This document shows, in pieces, positions 9,774 through 16,915 of a stretch of DNA of 64,000 bases. Source of the DNA: Armatimonadota bacterium (GTDB lineage Bacteria > Armatimonadota > UBA10988); assembly GCA_016235455.1 (NCBI GenBank), contig JACRKZ010000012.1, forward strand, positions 32,001 through 96,000. Direction: 5' to 3'. The position numbers and the translations under genes were made by a program. Numbering within the stretch: position 1 is the stretch's first letter; each line of letters opens with the position of its first letter. The notes below the pieces were generated by a model, which saw only the letters and a program-made list of their open reading frames with translations, ran no database searches and was not told the DNA's origin.

Positions 9774-11420
9774 TCATGCACCATACAGCCCCAAGACGAG
9801 GGCGTCGAGGGCTGGCGAGCCCCCACCCCAACCCTCCCCGCGAGCGGGGAGGGAGTCGAGTGACCGCGCCACCGCCACCAAGGCCGCATCGGCCTCCGCC
9901 GACCAGGCCGGCAGCGGCACCGCGCCCAGCGTGAAGGCCTCGACGTTGACCTGGATGAACCGCGCGGCGTACCAGCGATTGAGCGGCCCTGAGTTCAGCA
10001 AGGCGGCCAGCGCGTCGAGGCTCCAGGGGCAGTCGTCGCGCGGGATGACCATGAGCAGATTGTTGCTGGCCAGATACTCGCCTGCGAGGTCGGCCGCGGC
10101 GACGATGCGTTGGGGCAGGGCCGGCTTGCGCATGGCATGGACCAGCAGCTTGGGCCGTCGCTGGCGCGCCAACTCGCCGGGCGGCAGGCCGTCAAGCGCC
10201 ACCCGCACCAGTTCGCCGGTCGGCGCCAGCCAGAACGGCCGCACTCCGCGCGCGGCGGTGAGCATCGGCTGGCCCGCCGGGTCGGCGACCAGATGCGACT
10301 TGTAGAACCCATCGTGCAGGCTGGCCACGTCGTCCAGCCGCGGGTGGTGACAGCCCAGGCCCTCGTCCTGGCCGAGGACGAACACGGTGTCGGGCTCGTC
10401 CAGCCAGACGCGTGGGTCCACGGTGCGCTGCGCCAGGCTGGTCGGGTCGGTGTCGAGCGGTCGCGCCAGGCCATGCCAGCCCACCGTCGCCCGCGCGGCC
10501 GGCTCTGCGCGCCGCAGAGCCAGCAGCACCGGCACCATGTCGCGGGCGCCTGCGAACACGCCCTTGCGGTAGACCTCAACATGATCTAAAGCGTTTGAGG
10601 TGAGCAGCCAACGGCGTAGCGACCGGCCGCGGCGCGTGCTCAGCCAGCTCTCGGGCAGCACGAACCCCACCCGGCCGCCGTCGCGCACCTGCCGGTGTGC
10701 GGCACGCAGGAACGCGGCCTCGGAACTGGGCTCGCCCGGATCGAGCAGACCCGCCGACGCCAGCCGGGCGCGGCAAGCCCGGTCGAATGCCAAACCCCAC
10801 GGCGGGTTGCCGATGACCAGATCGAACCGGCCGTGCCAACGCGTATCGAGCAGGCCGTCGCCCAGGCTGACCCGCTCGACGGCCTGGGCGGCGCTCAGGC
10901 CCGCCGCGCACAGCGCCCGCCGTGCCGCCAATACGGCCAGCGGGTCGCCGTCGACGCCCCACACGTCATTGACGCCACGGCGCAGCAACTCAACGAGAAA
11001 CGCGCCGGCACCACAAGCCGGGTCGAGCGCGGCGCCCCTGGTGGCACCGGCCGCCAGAGCGGTGGATTGCGGGCCTGCCCGGGAGTGCACCGGCCAGGAG
11101 GCCGGCGCCACCAGAGAGACCAGCCGCTCGACCAGCCAGGGCGGCGTGTAGTAGGCGCCGAGGCCGCGTCGTCCGCCGCGATGGCGTGTCAGCCGGCCGT
11201 CCTCGACGCTCACCCCGGCCAACGCCTCGGCGGCTTCGGCGGGTTCGCATCGGGCCTCGGCCGGCCACACGTCGGTGTCAGTGATGCCGGCCAGCAGTCG
11301 CGGGTCACCGTCGCCCAGCACCAGGCTCAGCCCGGCGGCCAGCAGACGCGGCGCTGCCGGCAGGTCGGTCCGTTGGTCATAGCACACCTGCGCGGCGGCC
11401 AGGAGCTCCGACGGGCTCAC
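9774..11420 (-). CDS. N6-adenine DNA methyltransferase (gamma class, Eco57I/TaqI-like), no restriction domain evident
   Basis: GAYYTP, motif I LDPACGAGAFL, motif IV VIGNPPW, GFVLPESWL, TaqI_C-like LAALLNS tail. Confidence 0.85.
   Translation of the reverse strand: MSPSELLAAAQVCYDQRTDLPAAPRLLAAGLSLVLGDGDPRLLAGITDTDVWPAEARCEPAEAAEALAGVSVEDGRLTRHRGGRRGLGAYYTPPWLVERLVSLVAPASWPVHSRAGPQSTALAAGATRGAALDPACGAGAFLVELLRRGVNDVWGVDGDPLAVLAARRALCAAGLSAAQAVERVSLGDGLLDTRWHGRFDLVIGNPPWGLAFDRACRARLASAGLLDPGEPSSEAAFLRAAHRQVRDGGRVGFVLPESWLSTRRGRSLRRWLLTSNALDHVEVYRKGVFAGARDMVPVLLALRRAEPAARATVGWHGLARPLDTDPTSLAQRTVDPRVWLDEPDTVFVLGQDEGLGCHHPRLDDVASLHDGFYKSHLVADPAGQPMLTAARGVRPFWLAPTGELVRVALDGLPPGELARQRRPKLLVHAMRKPALPQRIVAAADLAGEYLASNNLLMVIPRDDCPWSLDALAALLNSGPLNRWYAARFIQVNVEAFTLGAVPLPAWSAEADAALVAVARSLDSLPARGEGWGGGSPALDALVLGLYGA
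9819..9855 (-). repeat. 37-bp REP-like palindromic element, copy 1, inside the MTase 3' end
   Basis: Reverse complement CTCCCTCCCCGCTCGCGGGGAGGGTTGGGGTGGGGGC is identical to 58918-58954. Confidence 0.9.
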
Positions 11421-12256
11421 GCGGTGCCGCCGTGTTCCTTGCGCCAGGCCGCGAGCGCCACGCGCTGGGCGGTGCCCACCTCGTCGAGCGCCTCCTGCCA
11501 GTCATCGGCCAGCGGCTCCATCAGCTTGACCAGCGTGTGCGCCAGGGCCAGGTCGCGGAACCACTTGGCGTCGGCGGGCACGATGTACCAGGGCGCCTTC
11601 TCGCTCGCGCAGCGACCGATGGCCTCGGAGTAGGCCGCCTGGTACTCATCCCACAGCTGCCGCTCCTCCCAGTCGCCGGGATTGAGCTTCCACGCCTTGG
11701 TGGGATCCTGTTCGCGGTCGAGCAGCCGCTGTTTCTGCTCATCGGGCGAGATGTGCAGCCAGAACTTCGCGATCACCGTGCGGTTGTCGGCCAGCAGGTC
11801 TTCAAACGCGTTGATCTGGTCATAGCGCGCTCGCCACACCTTCTCGGGCACGAGCTTGTGCACCCGAACGATGCCGACCTCTTCGTAGTGCGAGCGGTTG
11901 AAGATGGTCACCTGGCCCTTGCCCGGTGTCTCACGATGTACGCGCCACAGGAAGTCGTGGGCAGCCTCCACCGTCGACGGCACCTTGAAGCTGACCACGC
12001 TGGTGCCCTGCGTATTGAGTCCCTCGGACAGCTTGTTGATGGCGCCGTCCTTGCCGCCGGCGTCCATGCCCTGCAGAACCACCAGCAGGCTGTGCGTGCT
12101 GGCGCCATACATCAGCTCCTGCAGCTCGGCCAGCCGCTGATGCAGCTTGGCGGTCTCCTCGCGCGCGCCCTCCTTGTCCAGCCCGTCGGGCGGGCTGGTG
12201 TCGACATCGCGCAGGTCCAGCTTGGTCGACTCGGTCACGGCATGGACGTATCTCAT
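11417..12256 (-). CDS. ppk2: Polyphosphate kinase 2 family (class III-like)
   Basis: LQGMDAGGKDG Walker A, HDFLWR, FNRSHYE, PWYIVPADAKW. GTGA overlap with the MTase. Confidence 0.92.
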   Translation of the reverse strand: MRYVHAVTESTKLDLRDVDTSPPDGLDKEGAREETAKLHQRLAELQELMYGASTHSLLVVLQGMDAGGKDGAINKLSEGLNTQGTSVVSFKVPSTVEAAHDFLWRVHRETPGKGQVTIFNRSHYEEVGIVRVHKLVPEKVWRARYDQINAFEDLLADNRTVIAKFWLHISPDEQKQRLLDREQDPTKAWKLNPGDWEERQLWDEYQAAYSEAIGRCASEKAPWYIVPADAKWFRDLALAHTLVKLMEPLADDWQEALDEVGTAQRVALAAWRKEHGGTA

Positions 12257-12347
12257 GGCGCTGCTCCAGGACATCAGAATCGGCGTGCGCCGGCCGATTC
12301 CTCCGTGCCCGAGCAGGGCCGGCGAGGTAGCCGGCGAACAACGGGCC

Positions 12348-13172
12348 ATGCCCCATCGCCGCCAGCACGACAACGAGCCCGTCTATCGTGAGCAACTCCG
12401 GTCCACCCGCTGGGAACAGCGGCGCCAGGCGTTGCGCCTGCTCATCGTGCTGGACCCGCCCGATCTGCTCGATCTGCTCATCAACGCGCTCGGCGACCGG
12501 GCTCGTGGTGTGCGCCGCGTGGCCTCGGGCGCGCTGGCCGGGCTGGGCTCACCGGCCTACCCGGCGCTGCTCGCGCGCATCGAAGACGCCCAGTCGGGTC
12601 CCTGGTGCACCGTCGTACTGGCCAGCACGTTCGCCGGCCGCCAGGCGCTGGCGGCGCTGCCCGAGGCCGGACTGGCCTATTTGCGCCGCGCGCTGGCCTT
12701 GCCCGACCTGCACTCGGGCCATCTGCTGCATCTGACGCAGGCCCTGGCCATCGGTCCGATGCCCGCCGTGGGCGACCTCCTCCTGCCGCTGCTCGAGCAC
12801 GAGTCTATCCGCGTGCGGGCCGCGGCGTGGCGGGCGTTGGTCAGCCGTGACGAGCGGCGCCTGCTGGCCTGGGCGGTGGCGCAGACCCGCTGGTCGGTGT
12901 TCACTGTGCCGGTGGTGCGGTGGCTCGGCGAGAGCGGCAGCATCGAGGCCATCGCGCCGCTGCGGCGGCTCTGTGGCCTGCGCGCCTGGCTGTCGGTGAG
13001 CGCGGTGGTCCGCGCCGCGGCCAAGGCCGCCCTGGCCCAGGTCATCGAGTCCACGCGCCACATCCCCGACGCGGCGCTGACCCATGCGGCGCCGCCCGGC
13101 ACGGAGCCCGGCGCGGCCGCGCTCAGCCTGTGGGCCGAGGAGATGGCCGTGGACGACGAGGACGACGCGTAG
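12348..13172 (+). CDS. HEAT-repeat-containing protein
   Basis: LINALGD..RGVRRVASGAL, LLPLLEHESIRVRAAAWRAL, VVRAAAKAAL; acidic tail. Confidence 0.7.
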   Translation: MPHRRQHDNEPVYREQLRSTRWEQRRQALRLLIVLDPPDLLDLLINALGDRARGVRRVASGALAGLGSPAYPALLARIEDAQSGPWCTVVLASTFAGRQALAALPEAGLAYLRRALALPDLHSGHLLHLTQALAIGPMPAVGDLLLPLLEHESIRVRAAAWRALVSRDERRLLAWAVAQTRWSVFTVPVVRWLGESGSIEAIAPLRRLCGLRAWLSVSAVVRAAAKAALAQVIESTRHIPDAALTHAAPPGTEPGAAALSLWAEEMAVDDEDDA

Positions 13173-13185
13173 CCGCCCCCAAACA

Positions 13186-13254
13186 CCGCCGGCCGGACCA
13201 CGCCCACTTGGGATGAGCCGTCGCTCGTGGGTAGATCGTGGTGCCGGCCGTCGG
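13186..13254. terminator. Imperfect long hairpin between convergent genes
   Basis: CGGCCGG-ACCACG pairs with CGTGGT-GCCGGCCG; inner ATGAGC/GCTCGT. No U-tract. Confidence 0.4.
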
Positions 13255-13285
13255 CTGGACGAGTTGGAGTGAGGGAGGGCTGTTG

Positions 13286-13507
13286 CTAGCGCTCGGAGCT
13301 CCAACCTTTGGGTGCCGGCAGGACTGCCGAAGTGCCGCGCGCGGTGCGCGCCTGGCGGCTGGTCCCGCTGGCCGAGGCCTGGGCGAACTTGGCCGTCACC
13401 GGGCCGTTGGTCGTGCCACGCAGCAGCGCGAAGGCGCTACCGGCAACGAGCAACAGGGCGACGGGCAAGACCCAGACCGGAACACGTGACTTGGTGGTAT
13501 GGCGCAT
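13286..13507 (-). CDS. Small single-TM/secreted protein (73 aa) downstream of the DUF1559 gene
   Basis: GAGA-type RBS 12 nt after the upstream stop; basic N-terminus then hydrophobic VPVWVLPVALLLVAGSAFA. Confidence 0.6.
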   Translation of the reverse strand: MRHTTKSRVPVWVLPVALLLVAGSAFALLRGTTNGPVTAKFAQASASGTSRQARTARGTSAVLPAPKGWSSER

Positions 13508-13519
13508 GGTGTCTATCTC

Positions 13520-14290
13520 TTATTGGCCATGGTGCATGTACGGGCTGCAGGGATAGCCCGCGTAGGCACCTTCGGTGCTGTCCAAACTGTTCGCGTAGAA
13601 GTCGTCGCCACCGGCCCACTTGACGTGGCCGTCGCAGTAGCCCAGGTTGAACCCGCCCGTGTGGCGGAAGAACGCCGCCGGGTTGGGTGACGGGTCGAAC
13701 CCGCAGGTCGCGGCCGAGCCGAAGGCGAAGCCGGGCACCGGGTCGAAGGTGAAGTAGTAGCCCTCCACCAGCAACGCGGCGGCACTGGGATGGACGCTCT
13801 GCTCGGGCCCGGCGTAGTGCCCCCACGGCGGCGCGGAGCCGGGCGCAAAGGACGCCGAGCCGGTGGGGAAGCCGGCGAACATGGCCGTGCCCCACCAGTT
13901 GTAGTAGTCGAACGGCAGCCAGCTGGCCCAGCAGTAGTTGGCGGCCACGCGATACGGTCCGCCGACGCCATCGTACGCGGCCGGGTCGCGCGGGGCGCTG
14001 GGACACAGGAAGACCTGCTGGTTCTTCACGTACGGGCCGGCCAGCTCCATCCAAGAGGCGTAGCCCACGCCGGACGGCGTGGCCCAGTCGGGCGCCCACA
14101 ACTCGTCGTAGTCGGCCGAGTACATGCGCACACCGGTGAGCACCTGCTTGAGGTTCGAGCTGCATGAGCTCTGACGCGCCTTCTCGCGGGCCTTGGCGAA
14201 GACCGGAAAGAGGATCGCCGCCAGGATCGCGATGATCGCGATGACCACCAGCAGCTCGATGAGCGTGAAACCGTGCTGTCGCCGACGCAT
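13520..14290 (-). CDS. Prepilin-type N-terminal methylation / DUF1559 protein with H-X9-DG motif
   Basis: [43 protein letters not shown]; [16 protein letters not shown]. Confidence 0.92.
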   Translation of the reverse strand: MRRRQHGFTLIELLVVIAIIAILAAILFPVFAKAREKARQSSCSSNLKQVLTGVRMYSADYDELWAPDWATPSGVGYASWMELAGPYVKNQQVFLCPSAPRDPAAYDGVGGPYRVAANYCWASWLPFDYYNWWGTAMFAGFPTGSASFAPGSAPPWGHYAGPEQSVHPSAAALLVEGYYFTFDPVPGFAFGSAATCGFDPSPNPAAFFRHTGGFNLGYCDGHVKWAGGDDFYANSLDSTEGAYAGYPCSPYMHHGQ

Positions 14291-14524
14291 GGGAGTTCAA
14301 CCTCCGTGGCGTCTATCGGCCGATGTCACACGCGCTTAAGGTTAAAATCCCCCACGACCGGCCTTATGTTGCCCCAGCCGGGTCCGCCGACTCGGCTCGC
14401 CACCCGGGTTCCAGAACCGATCCCGCTGCCCAGGCGGCGCGGGTTGGCAATGATGAGCACGAACGGCGTTCGGCCCGACTCGGCCCGACTCACGACGGCT
14501 TATCCTGAAACCCGCGCCGGGCGC

Positions 14525-14554
14525 TTGATCCGGGGTACCCGGGCGCTATATAAC
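14525..14554 (+). promoter_or_regulatory. Putative sigma70 promoter with near-palindromic spacer
   Basis: TTGATC, then CGGGGTACCCGGGCGC, then TATATAAC (16-18 bp spacing); an AT-rich island in a GC-rich background. Confidence 0.5.
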
Positions 14555-14566
14555 GGTAATTGGCTA

Positions 14567-14810
14567 TTTCAGCGGCCGACTTGTCGGCCGTTGGGAAAGC
14601 GCCGCAATGACGCGGCGCGCCATGGCCCGTCCGCCTTGGACAGCGGAGCGGGTCATTGGTTGCCACACGAGCCGCGACGATCGACGGATCGGCGAGGTTC
14701 TGGACGGGGGCTCACCGACGAGCCCAAGCGCGGTCGCGTCGCAAGGTGGTTGCGCCGGCCGCAGGTGCGAACCGCTGGGAAACTCCCGGCGCAGCTCTGA
14801 GGGAGGGCTG
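14567..14810 (+). ncRNA. Candidate structured 5' leader or ncRNA of unknown class
   Basis: At least six consecutive stems by eye; the last (CAGCTCT...AGGGCTG) covers the RBS. No Rfam family recognised. Confidence 0.35.
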
Positions 14811-14813
14811 AAC

Positions 14814-14996
14814 ATGAAGAAACACGCCAGGCGCGTGCTGGTGCTGCTCGTCGTCGCCATGTCGGCCATCTTGGCCGGCTGTGGTGCCGGTGCGACGAGC
14901 GCGCAGGGCGGACGGCTGTACATCATCGGTATCGAGGCCAAGCCGACGACCGGCTCGCCCACGCCGTTGCCTCCTCCTCCTCCGTCTACTCCGTAA
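14814..14996 (+). CDS. Small lipoprotein (60 aa) with Pro-rich C-terminus
   Basis: GGGAGG RBS; MKKHARR + hydrophobic core + LAGC lipobox; PTPLPPPPPSTP. Confidence 0.7.
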   Translation: MKKHARRVLVLLVVAMSAILAGCGAGATSAQGGRLYIIGIEAKPTTGSPTPLPPPPPSTP

Positions 14997-15119
14997 CTCC
15001 TCGGTGGGCTGGCCAGCTCACGGGCCGGCCAGCCCATCGAAGAGAGTCATCAGCTCGCAGGAGCGTGAAGGAGTCTCTAGCGCGATGGTGTATGATCAAC
15101 GACCAAGGATGGGACGTTG

Positions 15120-15755
15120 ATGAGTACGGCGCCAAGGGACCAACAACTAGAGACCATCATCCGCCTGTCGTTCGTGGCTGAGTTCCGCGATTCCGATACC
15201 GGCAACCACCTACAGCGCGTCAGCCTCCTGGCCAAGCTGCTGGCCGAGGAACTGGGACTCGCCGCCGCCGAGGCGACGCTCATCGCCATGGCTACGCCGA
15301 TGCACGACATCGGCAAGGTCGCCATCCCCGACGATATTCTGCTCAAGCCGGGCCGACTGACGCCCGACGAGCGCCGGGTCATGCAGGACCATACCGTCAT
15401 CGGCATGCGTCTGCTGGCCGGCAGCGAGGCCGAACTGCTCAAGACGGCCTGCCGCATCACCCGCGGGCACCACGAGCACTGGGACGGCCGCGGCTATCCC
15501 GACGGTATCGGCGGCGAAGACATCCCCATCGAGGCGCGCATCGTGGCGCTGGTGGACGTCTACGACGCGCTGGTCACCAAGCGCATCTACAAGCCGGCCG
15601 CCTCGCACGAGGAGGCCGCCGAGATCCTGCGCAGCGCCAGCGGCAGCCAGTTCGACCCCGCGGTCGTGGATGCGTTCTTCCGCGTCGAGGATCGCGTGCT
15701 GGCCATTATGAGCGAGTACGGCGAAGACGACGAAGACGACGGCTGGACAGTCTAG
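15120..15755 (+). CDS. Stand-alone HD-GYP phosphodiesterase (RpfG-like catalytic domain)
   Basis: DTGNHLQRV, MHDIGK, HHEHWDGRGYP, DVYDAL, QFDP. Confidence 0.9.
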   Translation: MSTAPRDQQLETIIRLSFVAEFRDSDTGNHLQRVSLLAKLLAEELGLAAAEATLIAMATPMHDIGKVAIPDDILLKPGRLTPDERRVMQDHTVIGMRLLAGSEAELLKTACRITRGHHEHWDGRGYPDGIGGEDIPIEARIVALVDVYDALVTKRIYKPAASHEEAAEILRSASGSQFDPAVVDAFFRVEDRVLAIMSEYGEDDEDDGWTV

Positions 15756-15784
15756 CCGGTCGGATCGGGGTGTGGGAGAAACCA

Positions 15785-16888
15785 ATGCGCGTGCGCGTCT
15801 TGTGTCTCGTTTCGCTGGCGTTGGCGTTGGGTGGCTGTGAGCCGGTCCGCATCGGCCTGACGGTGCACTCGCCCAATCGCGTCGACGCGACGCTCACGGC
15901 CACTGTCGGTGCCGCCGACCGCGAGTTGGCCGAGGCCACGCTGCGGCGCCTGGCGCCCGGCAAATGGGACCTGGACGCGACGCCCGGCGCCGACTCCGTG
16001 CGCCTGGAACTCGAGCGCACGTTCGACCCCAAGGTTGACCCCGAGATCAAGGTGACGCGCACCGAGGGCGGCTTCCCCTGGGTCCGCCACGCCACCACGG
16101 TGGCCGGCGAGTTCACGCTGCCGGCGCTCCAGCCCGAGCATCTGCTGAGCAAGGTGCTGGCCGACATCCCGCTTGAGCTGTCCGTCGTCCTGCCCGGCCG
16201 AGTCACCCAGGTCAAGGGCGGCAAGGCGCACGGCGGCACCGCACTCTTCGCCACCAAGCTGTCCGAGCTCGAAGGCAAGAAGATGGCCTTCGAGGCCACG
16301 GCCGTCGGCTGGCGCCGCGGCGCCGTGGGTGCCTGGGGCGTCATTCTGCTGGTCATGTTGTGGGTACTGTGGCCCTGGATCATGCCGCCGCCCGAAGTCC
16401 GCGCCCGCCGCCGCGAGGCCGCCGCGCAACGTGCCGCCCAGCGGGCCGCCGTGCGCCAGGCGCGCGCCGCCAGTCAGGCCGAGCGCGATGCTAAGAACGC
16501 CGAGAAGGCCGCCAAACGCGCCGAAGTCGCCGCTGCGCGCGCCGAGAAGGATGCCGCCAAGGCCGCCAAGCGCGCTGAGAAGGACGCCGCCCGCCAGGTT
16601 GCCAAGCAGGCCGACGAAGCCAAGGCGGTGGCCGAAGCCGACGCCGCCGTCGAGCAGGTCGCCGAAGTGGCCCAGCCGACCCGTCGGCGCGGGCTGTTCG
16701 GCCGGCGCAAGGGCCAAGCCGAGCCGGTCGCGGAACCGGTGGCCGACGTGGTGGCCGAGCCGATCGCCGAACCCGTGGCCGACGTCGTGGTCGAGCCGAC
16801 GCCCGAGCCCGAGATCGTCGACGAGCCCGAACCGCGTGCGGTCGAGCCCGAGGCGCCGGCCGGTGACGGCGGCGAGCCCAGCCCTTAG
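15785..16888 (+). CDS. Lipoprotein with C-terminal TM helix and Ala/Lys/Glu then Glu/Pro low-complexity tail
   Basis: LGGC lipobox; TM WGVILLVMLWVLWPWI; AEKDAAK and AEPVADVV repeats. Confidence 0.7.
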   Translation: MRVRVLCLVSLALALGGCEPVRIGLTVHSPNRVDATLTATVGAADRELAEATLRRLAPGKWDLDATPGADSVRLELERTFDPKVDPEIKVTRTEGGFPWVRHATTVAGEFTLPALQPEHLLSKVLADIPLELSVVLPGRVTQVKGGKAHGGTALFATKLSELEGKKMAFEATAVGWRRGAVGAWGVILLVMLWVLWPWIMPPPEVRARRREAAAQRAAQRAAVRQARAASQAERDAKNAEKAAKRAEVAAARAEKDAAKAAKRAEKDAARQVAKQADEAKAVAEADAAVEQVAEVAQPTRRRGLFGRRKGQAEPVAEPVADVVAEPIAEPVADVVVEPTPEPEIVDEPEPRAVEPEAPAGDGGEPSP

Positions 16889-16915
16889 CCGGGAACGGCG
16901 GACCAGCATGGCGCG

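Noticed and set aside
14445-14460. Possible sigma54 promoter TGGCAATGATGAGCA
   Set aside because: The GG to GC spacing is one base short of the strict -24/-12 requirement.
14471-14490. Tandem 10-bp repeat CGGCCCGACT x2
   Set aside because: Only two GC-rich copies; could be chance slippage with no supporting context.
16480-16850. Repetitive DNA in the lipoprotein 3' half
   Set aside because: Explained by low-complexity AEK and EPV peptide repeats in coding sequence.
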